Source: Podarcis liolepis
Lineage: Eukaryota
Strand: one strand, 5' to 3'
DNA length: 64,000 nucleotides
NCBI GenBank assembly: GCA_965112155.1
Contig: OZ218104.1
Part shown: piece by piece, positions 40,074 through 60,912 of the stretch
Layout: each line of letters starts with the position of its first letter
Position numbering within the stretch: the first letter of the stretch is position 1
Position numbers and translations under genes: made by a program
Notes under the pieces: generated by a model
What the model saw: the letters and a program-made list of their open reading frames with translations, nothing else
Databases searched by the model: none
Told to the model about the DNA's origin: nothing

Positions 40074-41270
40074 ATGCTGAAGCTGACCAGGTTAATGGTT
40101 CTTGTGATCTTGGCGATACAGCTCATTGCCCTCACCTTCTGGTCTCAGCTTCATGGCAGGAAATGTCCTCTGGCACAGGAGCCATCCCAGGTGCACATTC
40201 TCATCCTCTCCTCCTGGAGGTCAGGGTCTTCTTTTGTCGGGCAGATCTTCAGCCAACATCCTGATGTCTTCTACATGATGGAGCCAGCCTGGCACGTCTG
40301 GGCAACCATGTACCAAAACAGCGCCAAGGTCCTGCACATGGCGGTGCGGGACCTCATCCGGTCTGTCTTCAAGTGCGACATGTCAGTCTTCGATGCCTAC
40401 CTTCCACAGAAGAGAAATGTGTCAGATCTCTTCCAGTGGGAGGTCAGCCGGGCCTTGTGTTCCCCACCAGTGTGCAACTCCTTCCAGCGCAGTGACTTCA
40501 TCTCCAAGCATGCCTGTAAGATGCTCTGTAGGAAATCCCCCTTCAGCAAAGTGGAAGAGGCCTGCAGGTCTTACAGCCACGTTGTCCTGAAGGTGGTCAG
40601 GATCTTTGACCTCAAGGTGCTCTATCCTCTCCTCAATGACCCCTCCCTGAACCTCAAAATCATCCACCTGGTCCGTGACCCCAGAGCCGTTTTCCACTCT
40701 CGCAAGAACACAGGAGGTAGCCTGGCCCGGGACACGAGGATTGTGCTGAGTCACAAGAGGAATGCAAAGGATACCGAGCCCTACGCTGCCATGCAGGAGA
40801 TTTGCAAAAGTCATGTTGAGGTTTACACTGAAGGCAGGCAGGCCCTTCCCAGCACCCTCCAAGATCGCTACCTCTTGGTGCGGTATGAAGATATTGCCAT
40901 CAATCCCTTGGCCAAGGCTGCTCAGCTCTACAGTTTTGCAGGACTGCCCTTCTCTCCTAACCTTCAGTCCTGGGTGCACAACATCACCCATGGGCAGGGC
41001 CTTGGCAAGCAGGCCTTTGATGTTGACTCCAGGGACGCAGTGAATGTGTCACAGGCTTGGAGGAAGGCCCTTCCTTATCTCCAAATAGCAAAGCTGCAAG
41101 AGGTCTGTAAGGATGCCTTGAAGCTACTGGGCTATCCACTAGTTAGGTCTGAGGAAGAGCAGAAGAATATGGCATTAGACCTCTTTTATGCCCAAACACC
41201 TCTTGTCAATCAGGAAAGCAAAAGGAGCCTGGAAGCATCACCTGCAATTTCTTGGACTTGGACCAGATGA
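40074..41270 (+). CDS. CHST4: Carbohydrate (GlcNAc-6-O) sulfotransferase, CHST4-type, 398 aa, single coding exon
   Basis: N-terminal TM anchor, 5'-PSB SSWRSGSSFVGQ, FYMMEPAWHVW, 3'-PB HLVRDPRAV, RYED. LHMAVRDLIR, DRYLLVRYED and WVHNIT resemble CHST4 more than CHST5/6, and CHST4 neighbours TAT in mammals. Pyrimidine tract and acceptor at 40060. Confidence 0.85.
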   Translation: MLKLTRLMVLVILAIQLIALTFWSQLHGRKCPLAQEPSQVHILILSSWRSGSSFVGQIFSQHPDVFYMMEPAWHVWATMYQNSAKVLHMAVRDLIRSVFKCDMSVFDAYLPQKRNVSDLFQWEVSRALCSPPVCNSFQRSDFISKHACKMLCRKSPFSKVEEACRSYSHVVLKVVRIFDLKVLYPLLNDPSLNLKIIHLVRDPRAVFHSRKNTGGSLARDTRIVLSHKRNAKDTEPYAAMQEICKSHVEVYTEGRQALPSTLQDRYLLVRYEDIAINPLAKAAQLYSFAGLPFSPNLQSWVHNITHGQGLGKQAFDVDSRDAVNVSQAWRKALPYLQIAKLQEVCKDALKLLGYPLVRSEEEQKNMALDLFYAQTPLVNQESKRSLEASPAISWTWTR

Positions 41271-41889
41271 AACATCAGAAGCTTCCTAACACTATTGTTC
41301 CATTCGGCTCACTATTTTCCACACTGACTGGCAGTGGCTCTGCCAGCAAGGTGGCAGCTTGACTTGAACTGTTCCTGAAATACAGCAGTCATGCAAAATA
41401 AAAATAAAAAATGCAACAGCCCACAAGGGAGAAGTCTGCCCAGCTCGTCACAGAATCTTGTCACTTCCATTTCTGCAAGTTTGTAGCATGTTACAGCTGA
41501 AATTTCCCCCAGAGACAAGGATCTGGACACAGCAATGGAATCACCTCTTCCCTTCCTGTTTGAAAAGCTGGGGGAGGGGCAGATGGGCTTGCCTTACATT
41601 CAGGCCCTGAATCCAGCAAGCACCCTTTCATAATATGGTCTCTTAATGGTAATATGGTCTGTTTTGCAGACTAGCACACTTATTAAGGCATAGACTGTGT
41701 TAATTGGATAACCAATGCCAGAATGTTTGTGTGGTAACTAGATTTTGTGGGAATCGCCAGTGTAAATGGCATAAAAATCAATTTCTGTACAGTACTTTTC
41801 TGCATTTTCTTCCCTTCTGACTTAACTGTTGACAATTCCTACTCCTGAGTTGTGTACGTTTGTACCTGTAACTCAGGATAACACCTTGT

Positions 41890-41976
41890 GCCTCTGATGA
41901 AGCCAACTGCAGTTCACAAAAGCTTAAGCCAAAATAAATTTCTAAGTTGTTAAGGTGCTGGAAGACTCTGTTGATT
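41890..41976 (+). mobile_element. Degenerate Penelope-like element end
   Basis: ctgatgaag...acaaaagcttaagcc aaaataaattt...taaggtgct...agactc, resembling Penelope-like (Neptune) terminal repeats and the copy at 54027-54247. Confidence 0.55.
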
Positions 41977-43054
41977 CTGCTATAAGAGACTAATAAAACT
42001 AATCCTAAACCCTCCGTGGGAAATAAGCTCAATAACTGTCAGTCTGGCTAACTGGCAGACATCTCATACAAACCTGAGCATAGAGGCACCCAGAGACTTC
42101 CCCAGATCCTACAAAGGCAGAGTCAAGGGTCGTTTCTGTGCAGGGGCCAGTGCAGAAATGTAGCCCCCACAATGCCTTCAACTCATGAGAGTAACTGAGG
42201 AAAATTGGGTGGGGGGCTACAAATGAGAGGATTTCTGTGGATCTTCGTCTCATCCAATCTAGCAGTTCAGTGTCTGCAAATTTCAAACTCACCTGGAGCA
42301 TCCTTACAAGCCACAACGGAGAGCTATTGCTAACTCCCAAGAAATCAAGCCTTCTTAAAAGTGCATATCTACTGAAAGAGTTCCTACAGAAAGCCTTGGT
42401 ATATTTCTCACAATGCAATGACCAGGAGGAGGTTAGAGAAGCAGGGTATAAAATTTTGGCCCAAAGTACAAGCACCAAGTCAAAAGTGTCTTCCATGATG
42501 ATGAGACTCCTTGGCCACGCTGGGTGATGGCAAAAGGAGGTTTGGTTCAATGGCTTGTTTGTGTGAAAGAGTATGGAGTCTGTGGTTGGATGAAAGGAAA
42601 TGCCAAAGTGCATGGATCCCCTTGGCTGGGGAATCAGCTGTCAAGAGATAGTTGACCTCCTGTGTTAGGAAAATAAGCCTTTATTGTAGCTCTTGAAGCA
42701 CCTCCCAGTGAAGCAAAAAGAGGCCTCAGATTTCCCAAAGCTGTAAAGCCCCTGACACAATGGGGGCCCTTAACAGGGCATGAGCAAAGCAAAATGAGGT
42801 CCTCATTCTTATAGCAAAACGTATATATTTTAAAGTAACAGTACTAGTAAAAACTAATAAAGACCAATAGTCAGTGCTTACAAAAACTCATTCCTTTTTC
42901 TAACCAAATATCCCACAGTCCAAACCACTCCTTTCTTGACAGTAAACACTAAGTGCCAGCCCAAAACAAAATATTTCTTGTGTGCAGTTTTTCTCTAACC
43001 GCTACCCCTCTCCTAGTCCTCTTTTCATTATCCATAGAATGCTCTCATCCTGAA

Positions 43055-45322
43055 CAGTGGCATAGCAACGTCAGATGGTACCCGGTGCGGAAAATTTATT
43101 GTCACCCCCCCCATTGAAATTCTTAAAAGAAGAAAAAATAAGATAACACAGTTGAAAGTGTTATTTTCTGGTTTATTTATTTAACATTGTGAGCAAAAGA
43201 ACTTAAAATATTTTTTTCCCAACTTTGTTCTCTGCAAATTTTGAAATCCCATCATTAAAATCAATTCCTTTTGCTACTTTGTTTTCAATTGGCAAGATGG
43301 CTAAGCCAGAGAGCTTTGCCATTCCCTGTGGGAATGTTCAGGGAGGCAGGAGAGGATATATTGTTTAATTATATCATTCCCAACTTGTGTTAACAAGTTC
43401 TATGATTTAACAGAGTAACGTTCCCCTTTTAAACTTACACAGCGGATAGATTTGCCAGGCTTGCATAAGCCTCTAAAATAAGTTTCCTGGTAATTCCCCT
43501 TTCTTCCCTCTTAAAAGAATAGACTGGACACAGTCTTGTATAAAAGTATATAAAATAGTTTACTCACATTCTGTTCACAGAAGGATCCCAGAAGGCAGGC
43601 TTAAGTTACAAGATATATACACCTGGAATCTATGCATGTCAATGTCTGAAACATTGTTTAAATATTTTATTTTGTATATTCATAGTCTGCTTTTTGATTT
43701 GAAAAATCTACTAGGTGGCTCATAATTGATTTTAAATCCACAGCTTGGCTGGAACTAGAAATGGCTTCAGTCCCCCTAGTGGATTATCTGCACTGGGAAC
43801 TAGATACTGGGAGTGTGCCCTTTTTGGCTCTGACCCTCAATTACATATTACAGTAACCCAATAATTACATTTTATCCTCACAACAACCCTGTGAGGTAGG
43901 TTAGGCTGAGAGACTGACCTGAAGTCACCTAGCAGGTTTCATGCCTAAGCAGAGCTACAAGGTCCTAGTCCAACACTTTAACCACTACACCACACTGCCT
44001 CATGACTGGATCAGCCAGCGTCCGTCTTGCTAGCCCAGAATACTGGTTCCAATAGTGGCCAGCTGGAAGGAAGCAAAATATGGCTTATACAGGAAATGTT
44101 GTACAGAGGCTCATGTTTCCTCATGCTATGATTATGAGAATGGAAAAGGCTGCTGAGATGGGGATTTTGTGGAAGGACCAGGAAACAGGAGCCTGTCTGG
44201 CCCTATGCATGTTATGCAGAGTTACTGGGGCTTACTCCCATTTGCACTCACTTCCTCTACTTTTTCTGTTGCCTCCCTTACTTCAAACTACTATATAGAC
44301 AGCAAACGCATTATGGCAGGGCAAAATTATCTTGTGACTCTATTATGCTTGATGCCCATAAACAATGCATGGTGCCCATGATGCAGACCCTTCGAGTGTC
44401 ACTATTTTCCAGTGACAGTTCCAGATTTACAGAAGCCACCCCATTTTCTGATTTGATCCATATAACGTCCCTATTTTCAGTGGAGAAAGGCCATGGAAAG
44501 TCATGGGAGCCCCGAGCCAAGGAGATAAGTAACCATACCTTTAGAAAACATCTGAAGGCAGCCTAGTATAGGGAAGTTTTTTAATGTTAAATGTTTCATT
44601 ATGGTTTTTTATACATATTGGAAGCCAACCAGAGTAGTATTAGTAGTATTAGTATTAGTATTAGTAGTAGTAGTAATAGTAATAGTAATGTAATAGGACA
44701 TCCCTATTTTCTTGGGAGAAATGTTGGAGGGTATGCATGTTGTCGCTGCATAAACACCAGGAACAAATGTAAGGAAGTTGGCTTTAGCGCACGTGAGAGG
44801 AGAACAAGTCCATTTTCTGGGCTGTTTTTCCTCCCCACTGAGACTTGCAGTTAGCCGAGCTGCTCAAGAGAAGAGATGATGCCTGCCCGCCACCCCCCTG
44901 AATCTCCCTGGGTGGGGGAAAGGAGAAGGCGGGGGGAGGGGTGTGGGAAATAGAACAGCATGCTCCTGCGCACATTGCTCCTGCCTCTGCCTGAGCCCAA
45001 ACCGGAGGCGTGCTCCCAGTCCAAGGCGACGCATGTGCAGCCAGGCCGTCATGCGGCCTCCATGAGGAGGGGGGCCGGTGTCCTGGAGATTCGGGCTTGC
45101 ACTGACCTCTCCCCACCCTCAGCCTCCACCCCCACCATGCACTACTTCTCCTTTGCCACCAGAGCAACCAGCAGTGGCGGCAGAAGGAGCGTGGCAGCGT
45201 TGTTTGCCCGAAGTCACTTTCTTTCGGGGCCTGGGAGCGGGCGCGTTGAGCATTCTGTCACCCCCCTCATGATGACACCCGGGTCGACCTGCCCCCACTG
45301 CCACCCACTTCCTAAACCACTA
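43055..45322 (-). mobile_element. Internally deleted hAT (Tip100-like) DNA transposon with transposase C-terminal remnant
   Basis: Ends cagtggcatagc / cctaaaccacta; 8-bp TSD atcctgaa / atcctgag; minus strand at about 43314-43220 encodes LSGLAILPIENKVAKGIDFNDGISKFAENK, typical of the hAT dimerisation-domain end. Confidence 0.7.
43870..44000 (-). mobile_element. MIR/Squam2-like SINE
   Basis: tttatcctcacaacaaccctgtgaggtaggttaggctgagaga...ctagtccaacactttaaccactacaccacactg. Confidence 0.8.
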
Positions 45323-47145
45323 ATCCTGAGACCTCTGCAAAGGAGTTGAAGTGTAATTTAGTCTTGAAGAATTCATGGGTAGCTTTTGTGTGAAAAGCCC
45401 TCTAACGAAGTTCACACATCTGATCTGTTTCAATAACCAAGTTCACATCAAGCCTGGTTCCAATCAATGCGGTTGCTGTTCTACTTGCTTCAGCGAGGTA
45501 TGGCTGGATACAAGATGACCAAATTAGCCATTTCCTTTTAGGGTTTATGACGATCCACATGTGCTCTTATTTATATAAGTTTTTTACAGTCCAGATGAAT
45601 TTTGCAGTGGAGACTTGCATCAATCCTAACAGTGCTCCCTTTTTCTGTTTTCCACTACCGTTAAAGACCATTTTTGTCATGGTTTCCTGCCATCTCCTTC
45701 CATCTCTGCTGATGTTTTCTACCATTTACAGCAGTTTTCCACCTGCCTCACAGACACAACACTGAATGTCAACACCCTGGTTGCTCCCACATTTTCTTTG
45801 AGAAGTTAGAATGTTCATGAAGATTCCACACCATCACCATCATACAGGGGCAGGGATGGCCAAAAGTGATGGTCAGATAGAATGTATTCATTTCATAGCA
45901 TGACCTTTTGAGGCTGGCGAGTGCCACATCGATTCATAGCAGGAGCCTTTGATAATGCCTTAAGGGCCAGTTCATGGATGAGTGATCAAGTTTAAGAGCA
46001 TGTGAAAACGTATATACTTTGGCAGTGGCCAGTGTGGCTCTAGTCAGCTGTGTAAACCTCCTTAATCTGGCTGCATTGATCTTTTAGAGCTCCTGGATGT
46101 TTGTATTTCACAAAACTCTTGAAAAACCTGTCAAAGAGATAAGTTACTGTTGGCACCTATAACACCTTTTTGCCGCGTGATTTGGACAGAACATTCAGAG
46201 GATGTGGCATTTAATGAGGAAGGGAGCACAGACAGATTCTGTTCACTCATTTGTTCCATACCTGGCTGTTCAGCTATGATTTCTCTTTCCTTACCAACTC
46301 AAGGAAGCCAGTGCCACACACAGAGACCTGAATACATACCTACATTTACTGCACCTCTATCCAAGGTGCATTTCCCATGATGTGGCAGAAATTTATCACA
46401 TACTCCAATACCATCATACAAGTTGTTTGCCCTTCTCTACATCTGTTTTTTTTTTAATTAAGTCTGCAGCCTCTGTGTCATCTGCTACCTTATTTTAACC
46501 AGATAAACCACCTTTAAAAGTTAGGTGGAGTCTTTTTAGGTCGGTTTTTGTTGTTGCTGCTGTTACTGATTTTCAATTTTTGAATCTTTATTTTTAGATC
46601 TTATAATGATTTGTGTGGAAATTGTTCAATTATGGATGTGTTTTATTTATTATGACTAGTTTTCTTATGGTTTAATTATGTAAATCTTTTCATGTTCATG
46701 TTGTACGAAAGGCGGCATACAAATTAAATGATGAGGATGAGGATGAAACGTTCTTCTACAATTGAATAGCCAAGATGATGAGAAATACTATGCATGTAGG
46801 TGCTCAGCACTCGTTAGCCTAAATGATGGGGGTGGGGTGTATGCGTATCTATCTAAGTGGGGGTGTTCTGGCTCCAGAAATCATTACAGTGACTAAGTGC
46901 ATCAGTGCTACTGAATATTCTTGACTGGGTGGAAGCACTTCTGGAGAGAGGGATGGGGGATGGGATGACCCCACAGGAAGACCCAAGCAATGCTCCAACT
47001 TTAGGGGATTGGCTAAAGTCGAGCCAAAAATGTGTGGCTGTCTGTTGCCAAGTACCTCAAAATCAGCCACTGCCACACCTAAGTTCCAACTTAAGGCAAG
47101 CTGGTGAAGGAAGAATAAAGAGGCTGACTGTGCCAGGTCCACAGA

Positions 47146-47151
47146 TTTATT
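47146..47151 (-). terminator. AATAAA polyadenylation signal, probable TERF2IP 3' end
   Basis: tttatt on + strand, 240 nt beyond the TERF2IP stop. Confidence 0.55.
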
Positions 47152-47390
47152 CCGTGAAGTAAATAAAGGCTTTGTGTACAAATGGAAGTGAGGAGAAGGA
47201 AAGTCTCAAAGAACGGTGTCTCCATCACAACAGCTTGCTGTGCTTTCAGCCACAGAAGACAGTAACCGCAGGTTGCTGGCCTCCAGAGACTTTCCCTCTA
47301 GCCTGACGCTCAGAAAACTCCCTCTGAAGAAATGCATGTGAGAAAGAAGAAGTTTGCTGCCCTCCTACAGTAAACCATGGCTGTTGCAAG

Positions 47391-50300
47391 CTAACTTTTC
47401 CTGAATGTCACGCGCCTGTTCACATTCTCCGCTCCGTATTTTGCCACTAGCTTGCTTCTGAGGTCGTCATCCCCCTTCAGCAAGTCCACATCATCCTGCC
47501 TGCTCCAAAGAGGGCAGCCACCCAAGGACTGCCCCGTCTGCAGGCAACTTTCCACAGCTGCCACTTCCCCACTGTTTTTCAAAAAAGCTTGTGTCACAGT
47601 TGTCAGGTCCACGTCAAACTTCTCCATGAAATGCTTTATGTCCTCCACTGCCGTGGCCACCTCCACAGCTGAGGGAGCTGCAGGCTGTTGCTCAGAGGTC
47701 TTGAGCTCCAGGTGTTCTGAAAAGGTGTCTTCCATGGAGCTGGGGCTCTCACTGTCTCCCTAGAAGGAAGGTGAATTAGGACAGTTCAAGATCACTGTTT
47801 CTTTCTAAATTTTGTAAGCCTATAAAAGTGCAGATTATAGTCAGTTTCTGGGGCCTGGTACTCTGATGGTGATGGGGCAATTCTGTTTCAGTCATTCCAT
47901 CACAAACAAGATAGTGGAGGGTTAGAGAACGTACAGAAAAAGGAAAAATGACAGTGGGGTTGGAGAAGTTTCCCTCTGAGGCTTCTGAATCTGCCAGGTG
48001 GACAAAGTTGACCAGGGACCCCTGCCCCACTAGAGTCCTTCGGCACTGCAGAGACACTGCTTTTCTCTAATCAGCTTGAAGCAAATTAAAGGAAAAGCTG
48101 CTTGGGTCTTACTCACAAGTAGCCCCACCAGTAATTAGTCAGGCTGGGCTGCAGGTAAAGGTGGGCATCGAGGCTCAAGGCTCCCACTAATGGTTTATAA
48201 GCCTTAGAGAGAGTCAGGAAAAGGAACCAGAGCACACCTCCTTTGGGAGCATATAATATGGTAAGTTGTACCAGAGTGTGGTAGAGGTGGGTTATATTTT
48301 CCCCAACCCACCCCCACAGTTGAGCAGAGCTTCTCTGGTCTGAAAGAAGGCAGAGGGAGGAGTGCAGCCCTGCTCCTGAAGGCAGCAAGGAACAGCTGCT
48401 TCAACTCTGAAGAGCGAGAGACTTCATGACTGCAACACCAGACAACACACACTTCCTATAGTGCAGAATGATCTAGCAATCAGCAAAGGTGAAATAGAAA
48501 CATTAATCAGAAGCCTCCTTCAGCAGCTTCTACCTCTAAAATGGTTCCTGTTTAGCAGGCTGCTTCATTAGTTAATTGGTTAATCCCTGTTCCCCATGTG
48601 CAGGATGCGGGGAGGTTAATGACTAGTTCCTTCTCTGAAGCTGCGAGGAACATTTTTCCAATTAAAAGCACATGGCAATCCTGAAACGCCTCAAGGGTGT
48701 TTACTGGCACACACACACACACACCACAGACTGACACTGCAATGGAGGGAGTAGGTTGGATTGCTACATATACGGCCTGAAAAATATAAGGGGACAACAC
48801 TGGAATAAACAGGTTGGCACACAGCACTGCCTATATCACCCAGAGAAAAGTGCCTTAATGAAACCTAGCAATTCCAGGCTAAAGTTACATTTGCCAATGT
48901 CCAAGGCCAAATATGTCAAATAAATGTAATCAGTTCTGCTTTTAGTCATTCTATAAGCTATGCTGAAACACTCAGTGGCATCTGTACCCCATTGTCTTCA
49001 AATTCTTTGTTAGGTGTCTGAAAAATGCTCTTTACCTTTGATCCTTCCGCAGTGTGACTTTGATCCTCTGGCTGGGGGACATCCTCAACTTCCTTACTTT
49101 GGGAGGCTGCTAAAGACAAAGGTATGCTGAGGTTCACTGCGACAAAAGTCATCCAAGCCACATCTCCCACCCTTGTGATGATGCACCAATTACCACCTTG
49201 GTGCAATGGGCCCTTGAAAAATGGGGGAAGGAAATGGCAGCTTCAGGTCCTGACGCCCCACTGGCCTCAGCTAGCTAATGAAGTGGGGAATTATGGGTTT
49301 TTCTGACTCTTGATTTATTTATTCCCCACCCCACCCCCCATATGTAAGGTTGCGATTGTGCAGCTAAAGTGAGTATAAGCTGCAGGCCCAGTGCACTGCA
49401 AAAAAGGCCTCTTTTCCAGAGGAAACAAAGGGTCAGTTAGGCTGGGGACTGAGATATGAAAGCTAGGAGCTAAATGGCACCTTAAACCTAGGTTATGGGT
49501 CCAACAACAGAATGTCTAGGTATGTTTTTTAATAACAAGAATACAAAGCTGAAAATGAATGAACTACAGCTAAAATATTATGTTCAATTTTCACATGGTC
49601 TAGTCTTTCCCCTGCCTACCCCCCTAATATTCTTATGAGGGTCTCTTCTCCAGTCTTCAGAGAGTAACTGGACGTGGGGAGGCAGAAAAAGGTCCTGCTT
49701 TCCTTTCTGAAATCTTTAGGCGCAGTACTGCACCCAGAGCTCAGAAACTGCTCACGCTAATGAAATTCCCTGTCGCAAAACGCACCTAAAACAATGGGAG
49801 TTTTGAACACTGGCTGGGTAAGACCCTCACACAAGTCAGAAGGAGCAGCACTGAACAGGCAAGAAGCCCGAGGATTTGAAGAATCCTAAGGGTAGAGTGG
49901 ATACCCCTCCAAAGGGGCAGGCAATCCAGAGGCAAGGCAATCATGGACTGAGAAACTGGAGCCTGGGGGGGGGGGGGGAATACTCAAAGACAGTAGGGAG
50001 TTGAACAAGGGTAGTGGGGAAGAAGAAAGGAGTGAAAGGGGTGTGTGTGCATGAAACACTTGCACACTCACAGGGGAAGTACTTGGCAGGTCACCAGCAG
50101 GCAGAAGCAGTAGCTTGAAAGCATATGAGATGTCATGAGGAAATGGCAGGCAGAAGCCCAGTGTTGACCAAAGGCAGGACTAAGAAGAAAGGAGGAAGCT
50201 ACTTTAATAGATTTTGAATTATGTCCCCATGATAGGGCTTGGAGGCAGAAAAGGTGTGAAGAGAAGGCAGGAGGAAAGAACCCCAAAGGGAGAATTTTGC

Positions 50301-51315
50301 CCATGGGGGCTCCTTTGGCCAACACCTGGCCAAAGTCTCATTTCCGGGCAATATAGAAGCCCAGAGGGGACAACAACCTGCAAGATGAGTGGCAGTATTT
50401 GACAACCAGGAAGGTGGAAGCAGGAGGTGGGCCAGGGTGCCCCAGACAAGTTGCCTCACCATAATGTAGCAGTGATGCTAGACTAGCTGAACCTTGCTGC
50501 CTTCTGGCTAGGAAATCATCCTTCTGCCAGGCCTTACTGCCCTGACTGGCAGCAGTGACTCTCTGTATGGCTTCAGGCAGGACTCCTTCCCAGCCCTAGA
50601 TGGGGGTGATGCCAGGGACTGAACCAGGGACACTTTCTGCATGCCAAGCAGGTGCTCTGGTCCTGTGCTGCGGCAGGAGGCCTTTTGGCCTATTCCAGCT
50701 AAAGCAGCCCTGCTTACCAGCAGCAGATTCCGACGAGCTTCTGAGCTTGCATCTCTGGGCAGGCAGGCAGAGGTCTTCCTTGCCCCGCAGGTGCTTCAGG
50801 TAGCGGTCGCGCATGGCCTGCCAGGAGTGCCGCGTGACCCGGGCCGCCTCCATCTCCTTCCAGACAGCGTTGCCACTGCCGGCTGCCTGCCTGCCGCTGC
50901 TGCCTCTCTTGCTCCTCCGCAGGTGCAGCAGGATGGCCTGGTCTTCCACCTCGCTGAAGGGCAGGCGGCCCTCGGCAGCGGCCGTGTCCGCGGTGACCGG
51001 CGGCGGTTGCAGGCGGTATGTCTCCAGCGGCAGGAGCTCCTGGCGGGCCACGCAGTCGGCGACGTAGCTGGCGGAGATGAAGACCCCCGAGGTTCTCGGC
51101 GGCACCTCTCCCGGCCGGGCCAGCAGCACCGCGCCCGGCTCCTGCACGCGGCACAGGCGTCCGCCGTGGCGCACGATCAGCGGGGCCAGCTCCATCTTGG
51201 CCGCCCCGGGGCGCACGTAGAAGCTCAGGGGGCTGCCATCCTCCCGCTGGAAGAACAGCCGAGGCTGCGGGGCAGAGCCATTCGGCTCACCCTCGGCCTC
51301 CGCTGTGCCCAGCAT
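47391..51315 (-). CDS. TERF2IP: TERF2-interacting protein (RAP1), about 362 aa, 3 exons
   Basis: Exons 51315-50718, 49109-48988, 47759-47391 (1089 nt, in frame). BRCT (FQREDGSPLSFYVRPGAAK...HGGRLCRVQEPGAVLLA), Myb (GRLPFSEVEDQAIL...GNAVWKEME...HSWQAMRDRYLKHL), RCT (LTTVTQAFLKNSGEV...WSRQDDVDL...KYGAENVNRRVTFRKS*). Exon 2 donor is uncertain (alternative at 49036). Confidence 0.95.
50494..50670 (-). mobile_element. Squam3-like SINE in TERF2IP intron 1
   Basis: ctgactggcagcagtgactctc...ttcccagccc...gatgccagggactgaaccagggac...ttctgcatgccaagcaggtgctct. Confidence 0.65.
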
Positions 51316-51697
51316 CGTCCGGACAGCTGGGGCTGCAGCGGAAGGACGAGCCCCGCGACCGGCTCCTCGGACCCCCCAATTCCCACCCGACGCCGCCTAC
51401 GGGCTGCTCTGCCCGGAAAGGAAATGGCACTCTGCACGCGCTCAGGGGCACCTGCGTGCTCAGATTAGGGGCGGGGCGACTTGACCCGTTGCACTCCGCC
51501 CACTCCTCCCTTCAACGGCGGCGGCAACGTACCGGAAAGTTTCCTTTTGCGGCCGCCGCGCTCCAGTTTGCGCAGACGCGGACGGTGCTTCGTTGAGGAA
51601 GGGCGTGGCGCCGCTTGCAGTAAAAGCGGCTGCTGACCCAGAAGTGCTTTCGCTTTTGTTTCCTGTGGGGTGGAAGAAGCACCTGTCGGCTCTGAAG
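51316..51697. promoter_or_regulatory. Bidirectional CpG-island promoter of TERF2IP and KARS1
   Basis: Divergent ATGs only 382 nt apart; GC boxes (ggggcggggc near 51468, ctccgccc near 51494) and ETS-like ccggaa motifs inside a CpG island spanning about 50750-52230. Confidence 0.9.
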
Positions 51698-60825
<9,128 letters not shown>

Positions 60826-60906
60826 CCCAACAGGCTGCATTAGAGGGCAGAGGCTGTCCTGGGCCTTTGAACATGACAGGGCATGCTTCTGTATTTTACA
60901 GTCGTG

Positions 60907-60912
60907 AATAAA
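60907..60912 (+). terminator. AATAAA polyadenylation signal of KARS1
   Basis: About 80 nt after the KARS1 stop, followed by GT/T-rich sequence. Confidence 0.8.

Noticed and set aside
40580-40610. VLKVVR instead of VLKEVR in the sulfotransferase
   Set aside because: This position varies across the CHST1-7 family and the PAPS-binding motifs are intact, so there is no evidence of inactivation.
40422-40991. 189-aa ORF antisense to CHST4, and similar ORFs opposite MARVELD3
   Set aside because: Codon-bias mirror of the real coding strand.
51465-51470. TTAGGG in the TERF2IP promoter, suggesting shelterin autoregulation
   Set aside because: A single hexamer overlapping a GC box; expected by chance.
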